The position numbers and the translations under genes are program-made. A DNA stretch of 28,227 bases from an uncultured Actinomycetota bacterium (lineage in GTDB: Bacteria; Actinomycetota; Humimicrobiia; Humimicrobiales; Humimicrobiaceae). Positions 9,093 through 17,195 of this stretch are shown here, one piece after another. Location: NCBI GenBank assembly GCA_964414685.1, contig CAYPXQ010000030.1, positions 1 through 28,227 on the forward strand, written 5' to 3'. Each line of letters starts with the position of its first letter. Positions within the stretch are counted from its first letter, which is position 1. Below the pieces are notes generated by a model. The model worked only from the letters and a program-made list of their open reading frames with translations. It did no database searches and had not been told where the DNA came from.

Positions 9093-9863
9093 TTAATATT
9101 TTAATAATGACGCTGATTCTTTATCTAAAAAGAGTTCTGCACATTTATGGGTTCTCATAATGGTGGCAGGTACTTTTTCGCTGATATCTTCGGAAAAAAC
9201 TTTCTTGATTATGTTTGCCTTATAATCTCCCGGCACAATAATTAAAGCAAATCTAGAATTAAAAAGTGTCGGAATAGTCACTGTTATAGCTTCATCTGCA
9301 ACCAGATTAACAGAATCAAAGAATCCGTCCCGTACTTGCTGCTGTCTGCAGGTCTGGTCCATTTGGACGACTTTGATCATCTCGTGGTCATTAAATTTAG
9401 CCACATGAGGATCATTAAAAGCTATATGCCCATTTTCTCCAATACCAATAAATGCAATATCAAGAGGATATTTTTTTAGAAGATCTGAATATCTTTTCAT
9501 TTCAGCATGAACATCAGCATTTCCGTCAATATAAAATATATTTTTAAAATCCCATTTGCTGAATATTCTTTCATTTAAATATTTCCCAAATTTTTGCGGA
9601 TACTCATTGCCGACCCCAATATATTCATCCATATGAAAAGCATTTACTTTTTTCCAGTCTATACCATCCATTTTACTTAATGCATCCAGGAAATCATCTT
9701 GCGAATGCCCGGCAGCGAACATTATGTTCGCTTCATCTTTCTCGGATAATATTTTACCTATTAGTTCTTTTGCTTTGGCTGATGCTGCTTCGCCCATAGC
9801 TTTGCTTGTTTTAAAAACTTTCACCTGTAAATCATCCTTTTTGAACTCTGCCAACATATCCAT
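9093..9863 (-). CDS. Glucosamine-6-phosphate deaminase/isomerase (NagB) family protein, atypical subtype
   Basis: FHMDEY, GIGENGHIAFND, Q..DG.F, AITVTIPTL, PATI.RTH. AAGHSQ replaces the PTGGTP loop of E. coli NagB. Confidence 0.85.
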   Translation of the reverse strand: MDMLAEFKKDDLQVKVFKTSKAMGEAASAKAKELIGKILSEKDEANIMFAAGHSQDDFLDALSKMDGIDWKKVNAFHMDEYIGVGNEYPQKFGKYLNERIFSKWDFKNIFYIDGNADVHAEMKRYSDLLKKYPLDIAFIGIGENGHIAFNDPHVAKFNDHEMIKVVQMDQTCRQQQVRDGFFDSVNLVADEAITVTIPTLFNSRFALIIVPGDYKANIIKKVFSEDISEKVPATIMRTHKCAELFLDKESASLLKY

Positions 9864-9914
9864 ATTTCCAATCCCTTCTAAATTAATCTATGTTTATAAT
9901 AATGGTTTTTTAAA

Positions 9915-11765
9915 TTAATTGACCCAGATCGGACTTGACCAGGCCAGGCTATCGTCCTCTTGTTCGGCCCTAATATAATAATATGCTTCCTTTTCTTCTG
10001 GATCTTCAAGAAAACTGCAAGTAAAACTTTGGTCTTCCGCTTTAAAATTTTTATGGATTTCTCCATTTTTTATTAAATAAATATTGTTTAATTTTTTTGT
10101 TCCAATGACACTTATAAAGAACTCTAAACATTCTTCATCTTTTATAGTGATCTCACTACCCATAAGATTCCCATTAATTTGAAAATCCAAGATTATTCTT
10201 TCGCCCATAGTCCCGTAAACTCTTCTCTGGTAAATAGCATCCCATATATCTTCCCGTGTAAGATTTTCGGCAAATACTGCTATTAATCCTCCTTTATATC
10301 CTTTATAACCTCTCATCCACCAATTATTGCCAGGATGCCCCTCATGAGAATCGCTAGATGCAATTATTCCCAGTCTATAGCCTCTATTTAGAGCATCTAT
10401 TATTGTCTTTCCATTTTCATATTCAGAAGCAGCCTTTAATTTATGTTTGCAATGGGGAGACTCTGAATTTCCCCAGGTTGAATAAATCTCTGCAATTCTT
10501 ATAAGATCCTGATCAAAATAATCCCAATTAGTCCCAAATAATTTGCTGGTAGTATGGTGAGGTATCACTAATACATCCTTATCTTTTAATAATCTGAATA
10601 ATTTTTCGGGAGTATTACTTTCTTTATCTTTGCACCTGTAAAGCGGCCCGTCATCTTCACGATAATATATATTCTTGTCTCCTCCAAGTATCTCTTCGTT
10701 ATATTCATAGGCAAGCAATGTTACGAACCTGCCAGGTTCATAGTATCTTTTAACACATTCTTTTGTGTGGACCCATTCATCATCGGATAGCAAAGTTTCA
10801 GTAGCATCATGAGGCGTTGCCGCACAAAAATCTAAATTAGACATATTTCTGCCGTATTCCAGATATTCTTCTAAAGTGCCAAGTCCATCATCTAATAAAC
10901 AGTGCCCGTGTATATCACCCCAATATATATTGTATTTATTATTGATTTTTGTTTTCAATATTGGGTTGCTGGCTCCAATATTGTTAGTTGATCTGTCTAT
11001 TATTTCTATTACGGAATAATTTTCCTTTGAAAGAATATTTATATTGTAGTCTGGTTTCTTTTCTACACATAGATTTCCATCTCTATTTTTAATGCTTATT
11101 TCAAATTTTGTTTCTTTTATATAATTATTATAAAAATCTTTTGAAATTATATTCGCTCTCCCGGGATCATTATTAGATATAACCGAATTTGAACTAATTT
11201 CTATTTTATGAACTTTATCGGGTAAAATTTTTAATTTGGGAGGGTCATCCACCAAAAAAAACCCGCTATAGGGTGCCTCTGACCTTCCATTAGAATCCAC
11301 AGAAACAGCAAATTCAACTTGTTGCGTAAATTCTTGTGTCCTCGCTCCTGGCGAGCCAAATCCCCTTTCTCCATATATAAATGTTATAATATCATTTTTT
11401 ATTAATTCACCCTTATCTATATATACAAAAAAACTTAAACCCCATGTCTCTACATAAGCTTCTTCATAGTCGTTATCCGCAACTATGCTAGTCATATCAG
11501 ATTTATCTATTTTATTGTAGTCGGTATGAAAACAGACATCTTTGTTTGAACATCTAACGGTCATAAAACCTTCATCTTTTGGGTTTTGAGTTTGGGGCAT
11601 AGAAAAACGTAAAGGAATATTTATCCTAATGATCCCTCCGGGTTTTATTGTTATATCTCCAATACGATAAATTATTTTCCATGTACCATAAGTAGCCGCG
11701 ATTGCAGGCTCGCATGGGACTATTTCTGCTGTCCCCAATCCTTTTTTAAACTGTTCCCTTCTCAT
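9915..11765 (-). CDS. PHP-fold metallohydrolase (DUF3604 / CehA-McbA-like) with a large N-terminal domain
   Basis: WGDIHGH, PHD, LAYEY, IPHH, EIYSTWG, IASSDSHEGHPG, GGLIAVFAENLTREDIWDAIYQRRVYGT, YYYIR.EQ.D...AWSSPIW. No signal peptide seen. Confidence 0.8.
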   Translation of the reverse strand: MRREQFKKGLGTAEIVPCEPAIAATYGTWKIIYRIGDITIKPGGIIRINIPLRFSMPQTQNPKDEGFMTVRCSNKDVCFHTDYNKIDKSDMTSIVADNDYEEAYVETWGLSFFVYIDKGELIKNDIITFIYGERGFGSPGARTQEFTQQVEFAVSVDSNGRSEAPYSGFFLVDDPPKLKILPDKVHKIEISSNSVISNNDPGRANIISKDFYNNYIKETKFEISIKNRDGNLCVEKKPDYNINILSKENYSVIEIIDRSTNNIGASNPILKTKINNKYNIYWGDIHGHCLLDDGLGTLEEYLEYGRNMSNLDFCAATPHDATETLLSDDEWVHTKECVKRYYEPGRFVTLLAYEYNEEILGGDKNIYYREDDGPLYRCKDKESNTPEKLFRLLKDKDVLVIPHHTTSKLFGTNWDYFDQDLIRIAEIYSTWGNSESPHCKHKLKAASEYENGKTIIDALNRGYRLGIIASSDSHEGHPGNNWWMRGYKGYKGGLIAVFAENLTREDIWDAIYQRRVYGTMGERIILDFQINGNLMGSEITIKDEECLEFFISVIGTKKLNNIYLIKNGEIHKNFKAEDQSFTCSFLEDPEEKEAYYYIRAEQEDDSLAWSSPIWVN

Positions 11766-11784
11766 AATATAACCCTTAAATTAA

Positions 11785-12606
11785 TTATTTTATTGCTCCG
11801 CTGGTCAAGCCTTTTACAAAATACTTTTGTCCAAATAGATACAGGATTATCATTGGTAAACCCACAAAAAATGCTCCAGTCATTATAAAGGTGGGATAAA
11901 TTGAATATTTTCCTATAAACATTGCCAGTTCAACTACTATTGTCCTCTTGGCATTATCCTGCAATAATAATAGCGCAATTAAAAGTTCGTTCCATACCCA
12001 TAAGCCATTCACTATAAATAAAGAAATTATTGAGGGTCTGGACAGGGGGACAATTATTTTTAACAGAATCATAAAACTGCTGCAGCCATCGATTCTCGCT
12101 GCTTCTAATATTTCATTTTCTATAGTAATGAAAAAGCTGGTCAAAATAAAAATTGAAATAGGAAGCATGAAGCCGGCGTAAACCAGGCTTGCTCCTAAAT
12201 AACTATTTATCAGACCTATTTTTGACAATAAAGAGTATAAGGGTATTATGACAACTATTGCTGGCATGGCAGTAAAAGCAATAGTTATATTAAATAAAGC
12301 ATCTCTTCCCCTGAATTTCATTTTAGCATATGCATAAGATGCAAATATTGAAATAAGTATGGCTATAATCGTTGATGAAAAAGTTAAAATCAATGTATTG
12401 ATCATAGGGCGGTAGATCTCCCTATCGATGATCAAAATTTTAAAATTTTCCAAAGTTGGTTCTATAGGTATGCCATAATTGTTATCATAATACTCTGTTT
12501 CGCTTTTAAAAGCCGATACTCCCATAAAATAGATCGGAACAAGCGCGCTTAATGAGAATAATATTAAAACTATGTGTAGTGGAACTTTTCTTAAAAATTT
12601 TAACAT
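11785..12606 (-). CDS. Carbohydrate ABC transporter permease (MalG/UgpE-like)
   Basis: About six hydrophobic segments; EAA loop EILEAARIDGCS; AYAYAKMKFRGR. Confidence 0.93.
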   Translation of the reverse strand: MLKFLRKVPLHIVLILFSLSALVPIYFMGVSAFKSETEYYDNNYGIPIEPTLENFKILIIDREIYRPMINTLILTFSSTIIAILISIFASYAYAKMKFRGRDALFNITIAFTAMPAIVVIIPLYSLLSKIGLINSYLGASLVYAGFMLPISIFILTSFFITIENEILEAARIDGCSSFMILLKIIVPLSRPSIISLFIVNGLWVWNELLIALLLLQDNAKRTIVVELAMFIGKYSIYPTFIMTGAFFVGLPMIILYLFGQKYFVKGLTSGAIK

Positions 12607-13478
12607 TATTCTTCCATTTCTTTTCTTAAATAATGCTGAAGAAAGATAAAGATCATTATTCCGAATAGCAGCAGCACTGATAACGCTGAAGCAATCCCCC
12701 GTAGATTTTTCAGGAATGCAAAACTATAGATCTCGAGTTCAATCACTGTAGTTTTATTTGCCGGCCCTCCGCCCGTAAGAACATAAACATAGGCAAAGAT
12801 CCATGCAAAATTTATCATTATTTTATATACAACAAAAAAACTGATTAAGCCTTTTAGTTGAGGGGTAGTTATATAGATCAACCTTTGAAGCCAATTAGCC
12901 CCATCAACCTTAGAGGCATCAATAATTGATTCGTCCAGGGATGCCAGCCTGGCTGAAAACAATAAAATCCCGAACCCTAATTCTTTCCATACAATTATTA
13001 AAATTATTGTATAAATGGCAATATTTGCATCTCCAAGCCAATCCAAGGCTAAAAAATCAAGGTTTAATGTCTTAAATATGTTGTTAACAAGGCCATTGGT
13101 CCTTAATAAATAGCTAAATATTAATCCTACAACAACAATAGATAACACTTTTGGAATAAAAATTATTGTTTGGTATATTTTGCCTCCACGAACACCTTCA
13201 TAGAAGATAACAGCAAAAAATATAGATAAAACTAATAATACCGGTATAGATAATAATAGTTTTAGATTATTGAATAATGCAGTTCTTGCCCCGATGTCTC
13301 TGGTCAATAAGTATAAATAATTCTCAAATTTTACAAAAATAACTTCTCCGCCAGAAAACCTGTAAAAACTATCCCTGATCATTCTAATGATCGGATAGAA
13401 ATACACTAATCCCAATAGTGCAACTGAAGCTGATATAAATAAATAAGGTTGTAAGATTCTAGTTTTTCTCATATACAA
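12606..13478 (-). CDS. Carbohydrate ABC transporter permease (MalF/UgpA-like)
   Basis: Hydrophobic segments; EAA-like loop SIIDASKVDGANWLQR; VYVLTGGGP. TAATG overlap with the next permease. Confidence 0.93.
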   Translation of the reverse strand: MYMRKTRILQPYLFISASVALLGLVYFYPIIRMIRDSFYRFSGGEVIFVKFENYLYLLTRDIGARTALFNNLKLLLSIPVLLVLSIFFAVIFYEGVRGGKIYQTIIFIPKVLSIVVVGLIFSYLLRTNGLVNNIFKTLNLDFLALDWLGDANIAIYTIILIIVWKELGFGILLFSARLASLDESIIDASKVDGANWLQRLIYITTPQLKGLISFFVVYKIMINFAWIFAYVYVLTGGGPANKTTVIELEIYSFAFLKNLRGIASALSVLLLFGIMIFIFLQHYLRKEMEE

Positions 13479-13500
13479 GTTTAAAATATAACAAATTTTG

Positions 13501-13530
13501 CCGGGGCTCTTTTTTCATAAAGAGCCCCGG
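13501..13530 (-). terminator. Perfect 12-bp stem-loop between the SBP and first permease (mRNA-stabilising hairpin or partial terminator)
   Basis: CCGGGGCTCTTT-tttcat-AAAGAGCCCCGG. No immediate U-run on the minus strand (followed by CAAAAUUUG). Confidence 0.7.
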
Positions 13531-13549
13531 GTTAATGAAAACAATTATA

Positions 13550-14995
13550 TTATTCAGAAGCCCATATATCATATTTTTCAAAGGCTTCCGGATTCAGCTC
13601 TTGCCAATTTGCGGCAGCATCGTCAACCATTTGTACTGCTTCTGCTGGTTCAATATCGCCAGAAATGACTGATTGTCCGGCTGGCAATATTCCATCACCA
13701 AGTATTGCATATGGCAGTACAGCATCTGCATACCAAATACCGTTTTGAAATCCACCGATTATTTTTTCGAATACTTCTTTTCTTTGCGGATTATCAATAA
13801 TATCAATATCAAACCTGTCATCAGCAGGTATAGTGACCCCATTTAATACTTCAACCATTGCATTCATCCTTTCCTGGCTATGCAGGAACATCAGGAAGTC
13901 TGCAGCTAGCTCTTTATTAGGAGACCACTCTGTTATAAATAATGACATTGGCACACACGGTATCCAATCAACAGCGTTTCCAGTTTCTTCAATGGTGGGA
14001 ATAGGCATTATGCCCATCTTCTCCGAGCCCAGTTCTTCCAGCCAGCCAAATGCTTTCATGCTGGGTGTGAAACCGAAAGTTGCATTTCCGCTCCTCCATT
14101 CATTCAAAGCTTCTGGAGGCACAATTGACGTGGCATTCTCAATCAAATAGTCATTACTATTAAACTGATCTATAATGGTGAATAATTCATCGAAGCCTAC
14201 ATCTCCAAAACTTTTGTTGCCGGCAGCAGCAACTATTGTTTCCTTTGAATTACCTATTTGATTGACGATATGTCCAGAAAATATGGATGTCATCCAGCCT
14301 GGAGATTTAAATCCCATTGCAAAAGGAGAAATTCCAACGCTTTTTAGTGCTTCGCATACTTCAATCAATTCAGTCCAATTCCCAGGAGGGTCTTCAGGGT
14401 CTAGTCCAGCTTCTACAAAATGTTCTTTATTGTAAACCCATACACTTCCATAACCATATAGATCTGAAGCCCAGACTTTACCATCATAGGTTGATAAGCT
14501 TTTACCTGTCCAATGCTCCATCTCTTCTTCAGGAATATAATCATTTAATGGTACTACATTGCCAGCCCAAACTTCCTCTAATTGATAAACGCCATACCAG
14601 ATTGTGGCAATATCTGGACCTTCTTGCGCTTCGGCCGCGGCCTTAAATGCTGGAATCGTGTTTGATGTATCCTGCAAGACTTGTTCTATTTCTACATTTG
14701 GATATAACTCTTCATAAGCTTCTATAGAATCTATTATATAATTCTCTAATCCAGGGACATCAGTTTCTCCCCACCACCATAGAGTCAATTTTACAGGTTC
14801 TTCTGTAACAGTTTCTTCGACTTCTTCTGAAACTTCTGCTTCTTCTTCCATATTTTCCTCATCTTCCGATACATCTGTAGAGGATTCTTCCACTGTGGCA
14901 TTTTCTTCAGCGCATCCTGCTCCTATGAGCGAGAAACTAATAACAAATATCAGACACATTATTAGTATAATAGCTCTTTTCATGTTTATAACCAT
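13550..14995 (-). CDS. CUT1 ABC transporter substrate-binding lipoprotein
   Basis: Hydrophobic signal with lipobox-like GAGC, acidic Glu-rich linker, LTLWWWGE, GPDI, YNKEHFVEAGLDPEDPPGNWTEL. Start could be the ATG at 14983. Confidence 0.93.
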   Translation of the reverse strand: MVINMKRAIILIMCLIFVISFSLIGAGCAEENATVEESSTDVSEDEENMEEEAEVSEEVEETVTEEPVKLTLWWWGETDVPGLENYIIDSIEAYEELYPNVEIEQVLQDTSNTIPAFKAAAEAQEGPDIATIWYGVYQLEEVWAGNVVPLNDYIPEEEMEHWTGKSLSTYDGKVWASDLYGYGSVWVYNKEHFVEAGLDPEDPPGNWTELIEVCEALKSVGISPFAMGFKSPGWMTSIFSGHIVNQIGNSKETIVAAAGNKSFGDVGFDELFTIIDQFNSNDYLIENATSIVPPEALNEWRSGNATFGFTPSMKAFGWLEELGSEKMGIMPIPTIEETGNAVDWIPCVPMSLFITEWSPNKELAADFLMFLHSQERMNAMVEVLNGVTIPADDRFDIDIIDNPQRKEVFEKIIGGFQNGIWYADAVLPYAILGDGILPAGQSVISGDIEPAEAVQMVDDAAANWQELNPEAFEKYDIWASE

Positions 14996-15105
14996 TCCTT
15001 TCGCTTTGCTTAAGGTATAAATGGATTAAAACCTTTTTCCTTAAGACTTTTTTATGACTATATGCATCTACTGCAGCAAGGCGGATGTGATGCTGCTTAC
15101 CTTTT

Positions 15106-15164
15106 AGCATTATATGTGCCGATTATGTGCCAGAAAAACACATACTGGATAAACCGCTTATCCA
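15106..15164 (-). promoter_or_regulatory. Candidate promoter/operator region of the ABC operon
   Basis: Minus strand: TATAAT at 15114-15109; direct repeats GGCACATA with 11-bp period; inverted repeat TGGATAA-gcggt-TTATCCA (15146-15164) containing a LacI-type AANCGNTT core. Confidence 0.45.
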
Positions 15165-15326
15165 CCTTTAACATCGATCTTTTAAAACTATACAACTGGC
15201 TTTTATCAAACCCTTACTTTGCAAATTTATAATAAGCCATTGAGTAAACATTTAGTTTTTAGAGATCTTCGTCAGCATGGTTTTCTTTACCATACCCAAT
15301 TCTGGAATTTTCTAGTTTTCTAAATT

Positions 15327-15455
15327 TTATTTTTTTCCAGGCTTTCCTCCTTTTTTTAAGGATTGGTATGCATTAAAATAATCTTGAGATTTGTTTAAAT
15401 TAATTGCTTCTAGGCACATCAATGGCAATAGTTTAACAAATCTCTTTTTTACCAT
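15327..15455 (-). CDS. Unannotated 42-aa small ORF or gene remnant
   Basis: AGGGAGGT SD 3 nt before ATG; MVKKRFVKLLPLMCLEAINLNKSQDYFNAYQSLKKGGKPGKK*. Below the ORF-track cutoff. Confidence 0.35.
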   Translation of the reverse strand: MVKKRFVKLLPLMCLEAINLNKSQDYFNAYQSLKKGGKPGKK

Positions 15456-15531
15456 ATTACCTCCCTTCAAATATCAATTATTTTATTAATTAATAATATC
15501 TTCAATATGTCCAGTACGATTCAACAATTAG

Positions 15532-16995
15532 TTACCCTGAATTCCATTTATTTTTTAGCTCAATAAATTTTTTATCATATTCGTCCATTATGCCATCCAG
15601 CGCTTCTTGGGTATCGTCAGCAAGCGGAACTGCAAAGTGGTTTTTTATTATATTGATAATATCTTCTTTTGCCCGCTTTTTTATAGATTGAAAAATTTGC
15701 TTTCCACTAACTAATCCCTGTCTGGAAGAAAGGTACGGCTTCCAAACCTCGCTGTTTCTCATATATTTTATGGTATGGTCGTGCATAATTATGTTTGCCC
15801 CATTGACCATATCTTTAATAGAATTAAAAGCTAGGTGATCTTCATCCATATCTATCCCATTTAATATTCTCCTTATTGCACCAAAGCGTTCATTATCCAA
15901 TGCCATTGTTTCGAATGAGGTTAAAGTTACATTAGCTAAGCCGCCCAGACCTCCCAGAAGACTAGGATTTGCGCTTCCAATCAGTAATGAATTAATAGAT
16001 TTTTCATCTGAAGCCTGTTCATCTAATATTGCAGAGCTTGTGTGTCCATGTCCCCAGGAAGGCATTCCAAGGTAATTCGCCAGCTTTACAGCAAGACTCC
16101 GCATCAATCCTGTTTCAGGTCCCCCTGTGGTTGAGGTAAGTGTTTGCAGATCAGCCACAGAAGGTGTATTCAGACTAATGATTGGCAATTGTTTATTGAT
16201 AGTATGGGCCATAACTGCAATTGCTAGCTCCTCTGCATGGCCTAAAGAAACAGCCCCAGCAATTGTATAGGGAGCTGTTGAGCCCATTATGGGGTTAGTA
16301 AGGGCTATTATGGGCAACCCCGACCGAGCAATTGTTATTAATGCATCAACCAGGTCGAATGGAAAATATAAAGGAGAAATAGCGGCTATAAATGGAGCAC
16401 AGGTAGGATTCTGTGACAGGTCATTTTTAGCGTTATTCCCCAATAATGAAGCAATTTTTACAACAGCTTCTGCTTCCCGCTTATTACATACTCCAGGTCC
16501 CAATAAAGGTTTTGTGGTATTCTTTACAGTATAGATGAAATCTGTCAATGTATTCATATGAGGTTCTACATCTGTGGCATCAAGTAAAGAAACATATACT
16601 ATATCAATCTCATTTAATGCATCCAGTATTCTTGTAGATACTTCAATATCGCTTCTCAGTGTCCTTCTGACCAATCCAGTTTCAAAGTCAACAATATTGG
16701 GTAAAATACCGGTATTGGTAAACAATGTAGATCCATTTGATTCAATATCTGCCATTTTTCCGTTACGGCCATGTAATGTGACTGAGTTGGGAATATCTCT
16801 AATTGTATTAGCCACCAGATCTGGCTGAATATAAACTCTATTATCCTTGATCTTGCATCCATTTTCTGAAAGCTTTCCCCTTATTTGAGGATGTTCGATC
16901 CGCACACCAAGCTCGGATAAAATGGATAGGGAATTCTCATGTATTTTTTTTAGCTGTTTTTCTTCTATCTTGTTTAATCCTATTGAATTAATCAT
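15532..16995 (-). CDS. Trimethylamine methyltransferase (MttB) superfamily protein, non-pyrrolysine
   Basis: IHENSLSILSELG, ISPLYF, GSTAPYTIAG, TTGGPETGL, QASDEK, SFETMALDNE, HDHT.KYMR. Confidence 0.9.
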   Translation of the reverse strand: MINSIGLNKIEEKQLKKIHENSLSILSELGVRIEHPQIRGKLSENGCKIKDNRVYIQPDLVANTIRDIPNSVTLHGRNGKMADIESNGSTLFTNTGILPNIVDFETGLVRRTLRSDIEVSTRILDALNEIDIVYVSLLDATDVEPHMNTLTDFIYTVKNTTKPLLGPGVCNKREAEAVVKIASLLGNNAKNDLSQNPTCAPFIAAISPLYFPFDLVDALITIARSGLPIIALTNPIMGSTAPYTIAGAVSLGHAEELAIAVMAHTINKQLPIISLNTPSVADLQTLTSTTGGPETGLMRSLAVKLANYLGMPSWGHGHTSSAILDEQASDEKSINSLLIGSANPSLLGGLGGLANVTLTSFETMALDNERFGAIRRILNGIDMDEDHLAFNSIKDMVNGANIIMHDHTIKYMRNSEVWKPYLSSRQGLVSGKQIFQSIKKRAKEDIINIIKNHFAVPLADDTQEALDGIMDEYDKKFIELKNKWNSG

Positions 16996-17040
16996 AATTT
17001 TTAGCTCTTTATGGCATCGGTAGTTTATATATAGTCTATA

Positions 17041-17097
17041 GTTAATTAATTACGTAAATATTTAACTAATAATATAGAATTTATTCTTCATTGTCAA
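17041..17097 (-). promoter_or_regulatory. Sigma70-type promoter with a palindrome over the start site, driving the mttB-like gene
   Basis: TTGACA (17097-17092), 17 nt, TATTAT (17074-17069), then a 26-bp imperfect palindrome GTTAATTAATTACGTAAATATTTAAC (17041-17066; 11 of 13 pairs symmetric). Confidence 0.7.
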
Positions 17098-17195
17098 ATA
17101 TTAAATTAACAATTTGTCGTTATTCAGTGAAAGTTAATAATATCCCTTGTCGACATGACTCGATCTCTAGAAAGTAAAGATTGGTGTAGCCTAAT

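Larger units (their letters stand above)
4924..17100. other. Low-GC accessory segment (uxaE to second mttB-like gene)
   Basis: Spot counts of 60-nt lines: mostly about 23-38% GC here, about 42-48% in 0.4-4.9 kb and about 40-67% in the fol/ftsH block. No integrase or transposase seen. Boundaries approximate. Confidence 0.55.

Noticed and set aside
11785-14995. ABC transporter lacking an ATPase gene
   Set aside because: Ordinary for CUT1 systems that share an MsmX/MsiK-type ATPase in trans.
15146-15166. Two DnaA-box-like sequences (TTATCCACC, TTATCCAGT) suggesting an origin
   Set aside because: Only two imperfect boxes and no dnaA/dnaN context; a regulator palindrome is simpler.
7574-16995. 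Pyrrolysine (UAG) read-through in the MttB homologues
   Set aside because: Both ORFs are uninterrupted, have AAA at the equivalent position, and no pyl genes are in the window.
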